This document shows, piece by piece, positions 35,410-44,644 of a stretch of 44,644 nucleotides of DNA. The DNA is taken from contig DAUW01000131.1 in assembly GCA_002505355.1 (NCBI GenBank), positions 1 through 44,644 on the forward strand, given 5' to 3'. The notes below the pieces were generated by a model that was not told the DNA's origin, did no database searches, and saw only the letters and a list, made by a program, of their open reading frames with translations. This stretch comes from Euryarchaeota archaeon UBA229 (GTDB lineage: Archaea; Thermoplasmatota; Poseidoniia; Poseidoniales; Poseidoniaceae). The position numbers were made by a program, and so were the translations under genes. Position 1 is the stretch's first letter. Each line of letters opens with the position of its first letter.

Positions 35410-36648
35410 TCACCTTGTGGCGTAGAAATTTTGAATCACTTGTGTTACCGTTTGAATGTCACGAATGTCCCTATTCAGCAAATCCTCGAGGATTCTCTGT
35501 CGCTGACTTACATGCTTCTCAAACACATCCGGAGATACGCCAGCGGCTTGACATATTATTTCGCGCAGTTTTGACGGTATCCCAGTTTCTTCTATTCGGT
35601 CATTGGCTGGATTGTACTTCCAAATGACGTTCAACCTTGGTTTGGTGCCTTCCATACCCGCAATTTCAGCAACTTCGGTAATTTTCCTAACTGTTTTACC
35701 ATTGACATGTAATCTTGCTTGAATAATAATTAAATCCAATCCGGTTAGCATAATCGGTGGAACTAGCATCGGTGGGTTGATCATTCGAGTGACCGTCTCT
35801 TGAGCGGTATTTGCGTGCAGTGATCCAAATGAACCATCGTGACCAGTATTCATTGCGGTGAGTAAAGTAGCAGCCTCTGGACCCCTAACTTCACCAACAA
35901 TTATCCTATCTGGGCGCATCCTCAAACTCGATTTTAGACAATCGTTCATATCTACTTCAGGAGTTCCATCCGGCCGTTCACGTCTTGTTTCCATTCTAAG
36001 CCAATGATCATGATAAACTTGCAATTCAGCAGTATCTTCAACTGTCAATAACCTTCTATGCCATGGAATGTACATTCCAAGACAATTAAGTGTAGTTGTC
36101 TTACCCGAGCCAGTACCTCCAGCAATTACGAAATTTGCTGGCCTGCTATCAAGACCTTCAATCCAGACCCACATCATTGCCGCGAGCCGGGAATTGACTG
36201 TTCCAAATTTGATCAAATCGAGCATTGTCAATGGGTCCTCTCTAAATTTACGAATTGTTAGCGTCGGCCCGTCTGGAGAAATTGGTGGAATCGTCCCATT
36301 TACTCGAGAACCATCTGGCAATCTACCATCAAATATTGGTACGAGACCAGGACCATCTCCCAATGGTACATTGGTAAATGATGCGATATTCTTGGCAATC
36401 TGGATACCATTATCGTCCTCAATCCATACGTTTGTGCGACACATACCATGATTTCGATGAGCAACTTTTACACACTGCGAACCACCATTGTACATAACCT
36501 CCTCAAGGTTATCATCCTCTAGTAGGACAGCTAAATCACCGTAGGGATTTGCGTCAATTGAACCATCAACATGGTAAATTGGCGATGGATGGTTTGGTTC
36601 GGTGTAAATTGTTACTCTGCCGTATTGTTCTAATATTTTTTCAGACAT
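35410..36648 (-). CDS. Type II/IV secretion (TadA/CpaF/ArlI-like) ATPase
   Basis: LPDGSRVN, TIRKF, Walker A GGTGSGKTT, VEDTAEL, LRMRPDRIIVGEVRG and MNTGH.G...LHA. Confidence 0.93.
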   Translation of the reverse strand: MSEKILEQYGRVTIYTEPNHPSPIYHVDGSIDANPYGDLAVLLEDDNLEEVMYNGGSQCVKVAHRNHGMCRTNVWIEDDNGIQIAKNIASFTNVPLGDGPGLVPIFDGRLPDGSRVNGTIPPISPDGPTLTIRKFREDPLTMLDLIKFGTVNSRLAAMMWVWIEGLDSRPANFVIAGGTGSGKTTTLNCLGMYIPWHRRLLTVEDTAELQVYHDHWLRMETRRERPDGTPEVDMNDCLKSSLRMRPDRIIVGEVRGPEAATLLTAMNTGHDGSFGSLHANTAQETVTRMINPPMLVPPIMLTGLDLIIIQARLHVNGKTVRKITEVAEIAGMEGTKPRLNVIWKYNPANDRIEETGIPSKLREIICQAAGVSPDVFEKHVSQRQRILEDLLNRDIRDIQTVTQVIQNFYATR

Positions 36649-36651
36649 TGT

Positions 36652-37383
36652 CTAGCCTCCAATCATCTTTACTGATCCAAGATATAGTAACATAGAGGTT
36701 GACATCCAAAATGGTACCCACCACAACATATCTCTCATTCTTCCCATCATTCTGCCAGAAACTAGGGCTCCAACAGCCGATGCCATAGCAAAGAAGTTAG
36801 AAAATGTCGCGTTGAATTCACTGATTTGATATCCTGCCTTGGCCGGGGCAAATAGCCCAACAATAAAAGCGATCAAGACTGGCAGTCCAATGCAGACAAA
36901 CAACACGATAAGGATGCCTCGTCCGGCAAGTTCGCTCTCCCGCTTATTCATCAAATCATTGAGTCTTTCATAGTCCATTGCTAAATCTGCTAAGATATTC
37001 TGTAACGGTGCATCTTGTTGAATTGCTGTGTCGATTAGAACAATCACTCTTTGTACTTGTGATGAGCGAGTTTTGGAAGCAAAGGCTGACAAGGCTGCAT
37101 CAAATGAGGAAGCATGGCTGCTCTCTAATGTTTCAGTCAATAGTTTACCTAGAACGCCCGGCGTATTCCTACCCTGTTCCAGCATCGCTTCTTGCAAACC
37201 TCTACCGGCACCAACTGCGTCTGATAATGATTCTAATAATCCTGGTAATTGATTCTCAATCCCTCTTCGACGATTTCTCTCGAGTATCGGAGGTATGCCG
37301 CCGGCGGCGCACGCAATTCCAACAACAAACAGGAACAAGACAAACATGTTGTCATTAAATGCCTCTAAAAAATCAAAGATCAT
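36652..37383 (-). CDS. Type II secretion system F family (TadB/TadC-like) membrane platform protein
   Basis: TM, then IENQLPGLLESLSDAVGAGRGLQEAM (T2SSF signature), then C-terminal TMs. Confidence 0.85.
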   Translation of the reverse strand: MIFDFLEAFNDNMFVLFLFVVGIACAAGGIPPILERNRRRGIENQLPGLLESLSDAVGAGRGLQEAMLEQGRNTPGVLGKLLTETLESSHASSFDAALSAFASKTRSSQVQRVIVLIDTAIQQDAPLQNILADLAMDYERLNDLMNKRESELAGRGILIVLFVCIGLPVLIAFIVGLFAPAKAGYQISEFNATFSNFFAMASAVGALVSGRMMGRMRDMLWWVPFWMSTSMLLYLGSVKMIGG

Positions 37384-37384
37384 A

Positions 37385-37966
37385 TTACAACCCCGGGTCC
37401 TTAGTATGGGCTTTAAGACCAATCAAAATCATTCCAAGAAGAGTAAATAATAACCCTCCATTAACAGTTGAATTAATCACCCCTTGGTCTATAGAACCGA
37501 CAATAGCTTCTGCTCCATCGCCAAGTATTTGTGGCACTAAGCCAACGATTGCTAAAATAATTGGGCCAATCATTCCTATCGAGAGTAGCGTTTCAGGTAC
37601 ACCACCTAAATCTTCGATGTATTTTTTGACAGTTTCATTTCTGTCTTCCTCCATTCGCTTACCCTGCTTTCTAAGTGTTTCAACAAGGTCGGTATTTTGC
37701 GTCAAATTTGTGTACATGGTGTTGAGTAGCCGACGATATCCATCAGATTCTGCTTTATTCATCATGGCCTTAACCTCAAATTCCAAACCCCGAGATTTAC
37801 CGGAGGATAACTTATTCATGATGGTTGAAAAATCCTTGGAGATAATTCCGTAACCTCCCTGGCCAATTGAATGGAGTGCTGCTTCAAGCCCGACACCGGA
37901 TGACATCAGAACATCTAGCGTCCTAATCACGTAGAGAATTTCCTTTTTCTCATCCAACTTTCTCAA
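37385..37966 (-). CDS. Type II secretion system F family (TadB/TadC-like) protein, short
   Basis: EILYVIRTLDVLMSSGVGLEAALHSIGQGGYG.IS.DF T2SSF signature and two C-terminal TMs. Confidence 0.85.
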   Translation of the reverse strand: MRKLDEKKEILYVIRTLDVLMSSGVGLEAALHSIGQGGYGIISKDFSTIMNKLSSGKSRGLEFEVKAMMNKAESDGYRRLLNTMYTNLTQNTDLVETLRKQGKRMEEDRNETVKKYIEDLGGVPETLLSIGMIGPIILAIVGLVPQILGDGAEAIVGSIDQGVINSTVNGGLLFTLLGMILIGLKAHTKDPGL

Positions 37967-37976
37967 AGCAAATCCC

Positions 37977-38330
37977 TCAAATTATGTCTTCAATAAATTC
38001 AAAGGTGAACATTTCATTGGATCCGTCATATTCCATTGTCGCGAATACTACCTTGACATCTCTCTCTTCAAACGGGTCGTGGATACAAGGTTGTCCAGTT
38101 CGATACATTGAAAGAATTTTCTTGTATTCATCTATTTTCATTTCACCCGAAACTGTGTATAGGGTCGATTCCGAACCCTCGTCGTGCAAATTATCGCCTT
38201 CTTGGCCGCGCACTATCGTTCTAGTAATTCTTCGTGCAGACTTTACTTTTATGTCCGCATTTGGAATACGAATCCAATCAGAGCTGCTTGTTCCAGTTGC
38301 GGGGCGAATAAAAAAATCCATTCCGGCCAT
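37977..38330 (-). CDS. Small beta-rich protein resembling phage tail-tube initiator folds (P2 GpU / Mu DNA_circ_N)
   Basis: RRITRTIVRGQEGDNLHDEG.....YTVSG, a helix, HDPF, and terminal FTFEFIE follow the GpU/DNA_circ_N pattern by eye. AGGTGGAG RBS. The CDS is well supported; the fold call is tentative. Confidence 0.5.
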   Translation of the reverse strand: MAGMDFFIRPATGTSSSDWIRIPNADIKVKSARRITRTIVRGQEGDNLHDEGSESTLYTVSGEMKIDEYKKILSMYRTGQPCIHDPFEERDVKVVFATMEYDGSNEMFTFEFIEDII

Positions 38331-38392
38331 TACTCCACCTGTTATACCCACTATTGGGGCGGGACTTGAATGTGTTGGGAGAAATTATGCCA

Positions 38393-39319
38393 TCAAACTA
38401 ATCTAAACCATCCAAATGCAGGTTCATGAACAGTTCCGCTATCTGACAACTCTTCCAGTTTTTCCTCAGCAATGGAACGTTGGAAGCCCCTGGCCTCTGA
38501 ATTTAATAAAATCGTTTCAAATTCAACCCCGTCACCCTGATCTAGTTTGGTAATTATGTCTAGGATTACCGTCTCTAAATCATCTTGCTGAGCTTCCCCA
38601 TCAGTATCGCCTTGTTTTTCATCAACTAACAATTGCTGTGGGGCCGGCTTAGTCGCGGCATCTAGTCTGCCCTCGGCAATATCAAGGGCTTGCATTACAT
38701 TCAACCGATAGTGTTCCAAATCGATATCACCATAATGATTTCTTGAGGCAATCAGACCCAAAATCCTTGCTTGTGACATTTCAGATTTAGCCAGCGACTC
38801 AGCATTGGGTTCAAAATCAAGACTTGATACATACTCGGCCATTCTTACCAGCAATGATTGTGAGGTCTTGGCAAGCCAAGAAGCATACCTTTGAGCGTCA
38901 ATGATACACATTTCCTCAGGTCGAAGAGATGTATATATGGCACCTTCATCGGTTTGATACAACCTTGTTTTTGCAATCATTAAGACAAGAATCGGTTCGC
39001 CTGACTCCAACCTAGCAGACAACTGAATCGTCAGTTCTTTGACTGAATCAGAGACATAGTCACCAACGGAGAAGTAATTGACTCCTGATGGGTCCCTTAG
39101 TTGCCCTTGGTATATCACTGAACCATTGGCAACATCTCTCCCCTCTATTCTCTCTAACAAACCTGCAACAATTACTCGGTTAACCCGAGAGCCGAGTTTT
39201 GTAACAACAAATGATGGATCAAATTCTCCTGAGCCTTTCTCAGAAAGGGTTGATTCTCCATATTCAGAAGCAAACATGTGAAGCGCTGGTTGTCGTTTTA
39301 TCGATCTGGCAGCTTGCAT
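38393..39319 (-). CDS. Replication protein A small subunit (RPA2/RPA32-like; OB fold + C-terminal winged helix)
   Basis: R.PA...FA.E, P.FVVTKLG..VNRV...G, DPSG, SLRPE and a C-terminal wH-like domain (G.VHEP..G). Confidence 0.85.
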   Translation of the reverse strand: MQAARSIKRQPALHMFASEYGESTLSEKGSGEFDPSFVVTKLGSRVNRVIVAGLLERIEGRDVANGSVIYQGQLRDPSGVNYFSVGDYVSDSVKELTIQLSARLESGEPILVLMIAKTRLYQTDEGAIYTSLRPEEMCIIDAQRYASWLAKTSQSLLVRMAEYVSSLDFEPNAESLAKSEMSQARILGLIASRNHYGDIDLEHYRLNVMQALDIAEGRLDAATKPAPQQLLVDEKQGDTDGEAQQDDLETVILDIITKLDQGDGVEFETILLNSEARGFQRSIAEEKLEELSDSGTVHEPAFGWFRLV

Positions 39320-41013
39320 TAGTTAATCCCCCATTCACTTCTAACTTCGGTTGCTAGCATTGCAGCGTCACTGTTGCTTAACTCAGCACTGTCAACCAAA
39401 ATCATTGCTCCTTGTTCGTCGACAATAGTCCTGCCACCGACGTTTAGCTCGCGCCCGAGCAAATAATCTCTGATTGACTGGACGTACTCCATTTGGCCAT
39501 CATTCTTGATATCTGCAGCCATTTTTTCTTCTGTTGTATTGATCAATTTCAGTGCTGCATCTTTATTGATAAGCACAGAGGCTGTTACATCGCCATTGTC
39601 AATAACTAATCTGAGTCTTACATCCTGTTGCGTCTCAATCTTGCCGACACAACCAGCAAAGTTGCATTCACCGTCTCGGGTTACTCTGCGGCATTCGACA
39701 CAGCGCATTATTACACCAGAGTCTTCACGTACACTGACAACTGTGCCAGAGGTAGAAATTCCAACTCTACTGCCGGAATTTACCAGTTCAGTAAGTTTGA
39801 CATTTACAATATGATTCGATAAATCAATGTCTTCCTCCCATGGCGCCTCTGGCAAAATCTCAACTTGTTCGGCCTTATCGACGGTAATATCAGGGATACC
39901 TTGCCATGCTCTGACCCTAACTCCAGTAACTTTTACCGTAACGGGCAAGTCATTAGATTCGAAAGGTAATTCTTGCCAGGCACTCATTCTGCATCGACCG
40001 GTTGGATCCGCTATCTGACCTGACCACAAGAAGCGCTCTTCGCCATCTTTGGTAAAACTCCTTTTTTCCCATTCTGTAATTTGAATAATGGCCTCTACAT
40101 CTCTCGCTCCGTCGGTCAATTGTGAGATTGTTTTCATGTTTTGCGAATTAAGTTTCTCGACATTGGCAAAATTTGCATCGTGAAAGGATTCTATCTTGGT
40201 AGTTCGGCCAAAATTCAACTCTGGTGTGTCTCTAAAGGTCTTGACCTGTGCGCCGTCTATTTTGACCAAGCTGCCAACCTCATGATTGAACGGTTCCCAT
40301 GATAAGAAACCAATAGTGCCGGTTTCGTCGGCAATCCTACCGCGAACTACGTCGATTGAACCAGACCCATCCCTCCGATGTATCTGGTCGTCTCTTGAGG
40401 ACAACACCCTGCCGACTACACATATGTAACCATCATTTGGGATTTCCGCAATGTCAATTGGTTCTCCTGGTTGGATAACTGGCCTGGTTCCCTCTCTCAA
40501 GACAGCAATCCTGGCACCTTGATTTATGTTCAAGGACATACGCCCCTGATACTCATTTACCGAGGCACCCTCAATTCTGATGACCGAACCTGGGGTTATG
40601 TTGCTATTTGGACCCCAATCTTTGTACTCCCACCGTACTCTTGTACCACCCTCTTCCCAAGGATTGTCCTCGATTAAGCCGAATGCAATTTGCTTTTGTT
40701 CGCCTCTGATTGTTTGTTCTCTTAGATTATGTGAAACAACTTCAACCTCAATTTCAACATCTCGGTCGGTGGCAGTTAATTCAGATAGTGAGGTAACTTT
40801 CTTTGTTTGACTCGGTTGTTTTGTTGGAGAACCTGTCTTAGTTGGTGCTTGGTCTCCCTGAAATCTTCTAATTATCGAACGTAGGGCATCTTGAGGGGGT
40901 ATGTAAAACTCCTCTTCATACTTGATAAATGCGGCCTTGACTTCATCAGTATCTGCTTGAGGACATTCTGACAAAACCGCTTTGATATGAGTCTCATATT
41001 TGTCATCCGACAA
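39319..41013 (-). CDS. Replication protein A large subunit (multi-OB fold + zinc finger)
   Basis: Repeated OB motifs (GLIED, GRIADETG, GQIADPTG, LVIDNG) and a CVEC...C....C zinc finger. TTG start after GAGGGGT. Confidence 0.88.
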   Translation of the reverse strand: MSDDKYETHIKAVLSECPQADTDEVKAAFIKYEEEFYIPPQDALRSIIRRFQGDQAPTKTGSPTKQPSQTKKVTSLSELTATDRDVEIEVEVVSHNLREQTIRGEQKQIAFGLIEDNPWEEGGTRVRWEYKDWGPNSNITPGSVIRIEGASVNEYQGRMSLNINQGARIAVLREGTRPVIQPGEPIDIAEIPNDGYICVVGRVLSSRDDQIHRRDGSGSIDVVRGRIADETGTIGFLSWEPFNHEVGSLVKIDGAQVKTFRDTPELNFGRTTKIESFHDANFANVEKLNSQNMKTISQLTDGARDVEAIIQITEWEKRSFTKDGEERFLWSGQIADPTGRCRMSAWQELPFESNDLPVTVKVTGVRVRAWQGIPDITVDKAEQVEILPEAPWEEDIDLSNHIVNVKLTELVNSGSRVGISTSGTVVSVREDSGVIMRCVECRRVTRDGECNFAGCVGKIETQQDVRLRLVIDNGDVTASVLINKDAALKLINTTEEKMAADIKNDGQMEYVQSIRDYLLGRELNVGGRTIVDEQGAMILVDSAELSNSDAAMLATEVRSEWGIN

Positions 41014-41046
41014 ATAAAACACCCCTCAAATCGATATTCGTTCTAC

Positions 41047-41160
41047 TTTTCCCAGTGTCGGGAAAACCTGCGGGCTCTTGTGCGGTTTGGTTAAGACAAT
41101 ACACTCCCATTTCCTCCTGTAGGTAAAGATAATCGGCGAAGGGAAATAAATTATCCCTTC
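41047..41160. promoter_or_regulatory. Two 7-bp inverted repeats upstream of the RPA operon
   Basis: TTTTCCC-agtgtc-GGGAAAA (41047-41066) and GAAGGGA-aataaatta-TCCCTTC (41138-41160). Confidence 0.35.
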
Positions 41161-41165
41161 ATGGT

Positions 41166-42569
41166 TTAAGCAGGATTTACTCTGAGACCATGCTCAATTA
41201 ACACATTTGGCAGATACATACTCCCCGAGGAATAAGACCCTTGTGAGCGTACATCATCACCAAGTTTGATGCCGCTTTTTAGTGCCTTAGCGAGATTTCC
41301 CGATAGCCCTGCTTGTTTTACTGCACCAATGATTTCTCCATTCTCAACCCTAAGAATCGAGCTAGTTGTTACAGAAAAGTCTCCGCTTGTTGGATTTGCA
41401 GTGTGGGCTCCCATCACGCTATTTACAATATATCCATCGTCAATAATTTCTATCATATCGTCATAACTGTAGACTTTCCCTTTGGTGGTTAAAAATAAAT
41501 TGCTACAACCGGAAATAGGTGGTGACTGGTGGCCAGATCGAATCGCTGAACCAGTCGAGGATGCGCTTGCTATCCTTCCTTCAGCAATCTGCTGGGCAGC
41601 GTCTCTGGTGGACCAGAGTGAGCCAACTAATCTGCCGGATTCAATCAGTGTATTCTTTCTAGTTGGCACCCCCTCGTCATCGCGTGCCCCGGATGACCGG
41701 CCGCCCGGGATAGTTGCATTATCGATTATAGACAAGTCATCAGCAACCACCCTTTCACCTGTGTTACCAGACCAAAATGATTCACCTCTCGCTAATTTTT
41801 CCCCCTTAATGGCGTTTGGAACAACTACTGAAAATAGCGGAGAGAAACCTTCGCTGGTCATCATCACTGCTGATTCTGCTGATGATGATTCGATTTTGAT
41901 TGGATCTCTCGTTAAATTGGCCCAATCAACAGCCCGCGCAACACAGTTTGGGACATCGGGTAGTTTGCTGCGCGAGGAACTACTCTGCCATGAGCTTGTT
42001 AATTGCTCATTTTCCTCTATAGAAATTTGTACTCCGGCACTATGTGATGTGGTAATGCCGGCCGCATCAATACCTTGGCTACTGTAAATTGCGCTCGCAT
42101 TGGCACTAACACCAATACCGCCACCTGTGACGACCGCTCGACTATCCAGAGAGGCTACTTCAGACATTATCGCGTCCGCCTGTATTAACAAATCTTCAGA
42201 TGATAAAGTAACCACTGAATTATCATACAAACCGGCTACCGGTGCCGCAGATTCCTCGCTTGGTAATACAAAACCTTCGACTGCTGGTGACATTTTTGCT
42301 ATCGACAATGCACTTTTAATCGCTTTATCAGCAGAAGTGATGTCGACTAGGTATGCAAAACCAAATTTACCGTTTTCCAATACCCTGATTCCGAAACCAC
42401 CCTCGCCACCTCCAGCGGCAAGTGAAATTTTGCCGCCCTCGATGTCAATCTGGTGTCCGTACGATTGTGTTGCTACAACTTCCCAACTATCAATACCCAA
42501 AACTTTGCATCTAGTTGCAATGGCTTTACAGCCTTCCTGTAAGCGATCCAGGGCACCGTCTGGAAGCAT
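41166..42569 (-). CDS. pmbA: TldD/PmbA family protein, non-catalytic TldE/PmbA-like subunit
   Basis: GFGIRV, DDEGVP, STG.A.R and GAHTANPTSGDFS. No HExxxH motif. Confidence 0.88.
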   Translation of the reverse strand: MLPDGALDRLQEGCKAIATRCKVLGIDSWEVVATQSYGHQIDIEGGKISLAAGGGEGGFGIRVLENGKFGFAYLVDITSADKAIKSALSIAKMSPAVEGFVLPSEESAAPVAGLYDNSVVTLSSEDLLIQADAIMSEVASLDSRAVVTGGGIGVSANASAIYSSQGIDAAGITTSHSAGVQISIEENEQLTSSWQSSSSRSKLPDVPNCVARAVDWANLTRDPIKIESSSAESAVMMTSEGFSPLFSVVVPNAIKGEKLARGESFWSGNTGERVVADDLSIIDNATIPGGRSSGARDDEGVPTRKNTLIESGRLVGSLWSTRDAAQQIAEGRIASASSTGSAIRSGHQSPPISGCSNLFLTTKGKVYSYDDMIEIIDDGYIVNSVMGAHTANPTSGDFSVTTSSILRVENGEIIGAVKQAGLSGNLAKALKSGIKLGDDVRSQGSYSSGSMYLPNVLIEHGLRVNPA

Positions 42570-42571
42570 TT

Positions 42572-44014
42572 TCAGCCCACCAAAGCTTCACTTATCCTCA
42601 TGATGGGACCGCCATCTCCAACAGGGACAGTTTGGCCTTTGCCGCAAAATCCTGGTGCTGCTAACTTAGATTCTCGGGTTAATCCGTCCACATTTTTTAG
42701 AATCTGTAGTGTCAGTCCGCTGACACTTACATCTTTCAATGGCGTGGTTATTTCACCGTTTTCAATGAGCCATGCTTCTTGTGCAGCAAATTGGAAAGAA
42801 CCTCGTCCGGTATCTACCTGTCCGCCACGTGAACCACAAGCATAGACTCCGTAGTCAAGGTCTTCGACAAGTTCGTCCAAATCTGCGTGGGTCCCTCCAT
42901 GAATCAATGTATTTGACATTCTTACCAAAGGATGATGAAGACCGTCTTGTGCTCTGGCACCAGCGTTTGGTTTGATATCAAAGTGTGCAGCAGTTTCTCG
43001 ATGGTTAAGATATTCAGTTAGAATACCGTTTTTGATTAGGCACTTTTCTGTCGTATCTAATCCCTCATCATCTATTGGATGTGCGCCGTAGCCCCCACGA
43101 ATTGTTGGATCATCAATTACCGTAACAATATCACTGCCTATTTTTTGCCCCAGTTTACCGTCAAGGCATGAATCTCCTGCAGCAACTAGATCGGCCTCAC
43201 ACGGGTGTCCAAGGGCTTCATGGATGTAAACTCCAGTTAAGTCTCGGTCGGCTATGAGCGGCATTTTACCTGATGGTGCACGTTGAGCTTTCAACAAACG
43301 TAAAGCCGAGACTTTTGCGTTGACTCCTAGCTCATTGATATCGCAGGATTCAATCAGTTCCAAGCCACCCTCGCCTCCGAATCTAGTACGATATGAGACG
43401 ACTTCTGAGCCGTCTCTGGCGGTAACCATTCCATTGATCAAAGACCTTTGGAAACTCCAAGTTCGGTTCATTCCTTCACTGCTCAAAAACTCAGTATGGA
43501 TATGCTCATCGTGCCAGCCGCAGGTGACTGATACAATATTGTCGTGGCCGCTGGCAGAGTCGTTGAACAGATTCATATGTTCTAATCGCTCACTTAATTC
43601 AGTATTTCTGACATCTTTCTTTGGCTTCCAGTGGAGGCTATCCTCTATGATTGGCACGTCGGCCAAACTAATTGCTCTATCTTTGGGGGATCGTCGAGCT
43701 GCAACCGCTTGAGCTAGTTTTAATGTTGGACTCATCTGCTGCTCTAGTGAGGTTATGTCTGTGGTAGAATGAACCCCCCAGGCCCCATCTGCTAGTATTC
43801 TAATGGTGGCACCAATTTCCTGACCTGGAATTGCACGTTCGAGTTTACCATCCCTGATAGTGGCTGAGTAATCAGTATATGCAACCAGCCGAACCTCAGC
43901 GTAAGCGGCACCATCTCCTGTAATTTTATCAAGACTTTTGTTTATTTTATCAACATCAAGATACCTGTAATTCGAGGAGTGAGTAGCGGAGTCTGGAGAC
44001 TTAGCGATGACCAT
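42572..44014 (-). CDS. tldD: TldD metalloprotease subunit
   Basis: HEALGHPCEAD (HExxxH), DDEG, RMSNT, GGQVD and CGKGQ.VPV..GGP. Confidence 0.92.
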   Translation of the reverse strand: MVIAKSPDSATHSSNYRYLDVDKINKSLDKITGDGAAYAEVRLVAYTDYSATIRDGKLERAIPGQEIGATIRILADGAWGVHSTTDITSLEQQMSPTLKLAQAVAARRSPKDRAISLADVPIIEDSLHWKPKKDVRNTELSERLEHMNLFNDSASGHDNIVSVTCGWHDEHIHTEFLSSEGMNRTWSFQRSLINGMVTARDGSEVVSYRTRFGGEGGLELIESCDINELGVNAKVSALRLLKAQRAPSGKMPLIADRDLTGVYIHEALGHPCEADLVAAGDSCLDGKLGQKIGSDIVTVIDDPTIRGGYGAHPIDDEGLDTTEKCLIKNGILTEYLNHRETAAHFDIKPNAGARAQDGLHHPLVRMSNTLIHGGTHADLDELVEDLDYGVYACGSRGGQVDTGRGSFQFAAQEAWLIENGEITTPLKDVSVSGLTLQILKNVDGLTRESKLAAPGFCGKGQTVPVGDGGPIMRISEALVG

Positions 44015-44059
44015 GACATGCCGGTCGCTTTATTGTGTTTGAATCCTTCTTTCAAATGT

Positions 44060-44596
44060 TCAGGAATTGAGATCGGTAGATATCGTATGAGCAACTAGAG
44101 AATCATTGGTCAGTTCGGATAATTTATCGATATCAAGGCCTAAGATTTTGAGACCTTCAATACTCAATTTTGGTATGCCTGGTGCTGTTCTTAGGCTGAG
44201 TTCCGTGACTAGATGATCGAGAATCTCGTTAGTCTCATTGCTCCAGTTTGTCGGGGTAATTTCACCTTCCACTATTTCATATTCTGGTAAATAGATAATC
44301 CAGGCATGCTTGTGGGTATCATTAATTCCAACCTTTCTAAAGGCCTCAGAGACGTGATGAGTACCAGCAATGTATCGCAGAAATTCAGCATCTATTGAGC
44401 GTGCCAGGGCTCGCTTCTGCAAAAATGCGCGCCGAGTAAGCAACCATGCAGTCCACAACTGCTGTTGCGACTGGGCTGCGTAATCGGCCAGCAACAACCA
44501 GTTTTGATTAGGCCTTAGTTGAATAAATCTTGAGACTAGGCTATCACCAGAATGTGATATATCAACTCTGTAACAGGGGAATTCTGGCATCTCCAT
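44060..44596 (-). CDS. cgi121: KEOPS complex subunit Cgi121
   Basis: RAF....LARSIDAEFLRYIAGT..VSEAF.KVGI pattern typical of Cgi121. Confidence 0.75.
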   Translation of the reverse strand: MEMPEFPCYRVDISHSGDSLVSRFIQLRPNQNWLLLADYAAQSQQQLWTAWLLTRRAFLQKRALARSIDAEFLRYIAGTHHVSEAFRKVGINDTHKHAWIIYLPEYEIVEGEITPTNWSNETNEILDHLVTELSLRTAPGIPKLSIEGLKILGLDIDKLSELTNDSLVAHTISTDLNS

Positions 44597-44644
44597 GGAT
44601 AGTGCTGAGATAATTAGTTTTTCAATAATCCGCCCCGTTTTCTC

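Noticed and set aside
35410-37966. Archaellum (arlI/arlJ) operon
   Set aside because: No archaellin or arlH is adjacent, and the platform is split into two short TadB/C-like genes.
37977-38330. Prophage or contractile injection system
   Set aside because: Only one tail-like gene is present; there are no sheath, baseplate, capsid, terminase or integrase genes.
41266-43712. Long plus-strand ORFs (up to 201 aa) opposite tldD/pmbA, and similar antisense ORFs elsewhere
   Set aside because: They are codon-mirror frames of well-supported genes, with S/P/I-rich composition and no motifs.

Overview
A gene-dense archaeal chromosomal segment of mostly housekeeping genes. Archaeal markers include eL37, the eL42-eS27-aIF2alpha-Nop10-PAC2 cluster, uL16/L10e, ABCE1, archaeal TyrRS, RPA, Cgi121 and GGTGA-type Shine-Dalgarno sites. 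These sit alongside bacterial-type genes (MutS/MutL, proteobacterial-type PurF, MoaA, ETF, glutaryl-CoA dehydrogenase). That mix, plus very short intergenic spaces, suggests Marine Group II Thermoplasmatota (Ca. Poseidoniales); this is an inference, not a database result. I found 40 CDSs, two of them missed by the ORF track (eL37, eS27), and one tRNA-Ser(CGA). I saw no CRISPR array, integrase or transposase. The main oddities are: (1) a tandem pair of paralogous Cas4/AddB-like Fe-S nucleases, each fused to RPA-like OB folds and lacking a helicase, directly downstream of ABCE1; (2) a stripped-down Tad/type IV filament module led by a small protein resembling phage tail-tube initiators (GpU/DNA_circ_N), directly downstream of the RPA genes; (3) an ABCE1 lacking about half of its normally invariant Fe-S cysteines, together with a zinc-less eL42 and an Fe-S-free PurF; (4) a HemC-fold pseudoenzyme; (5) a triple-SAP-domain protein; and (6) a PCNA-binding PIP box on a bacterial-type MutS. 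All family assignments come from recognising motifs by eye. Several start sites were moved from the ORF track using RBS position and family N-termini.
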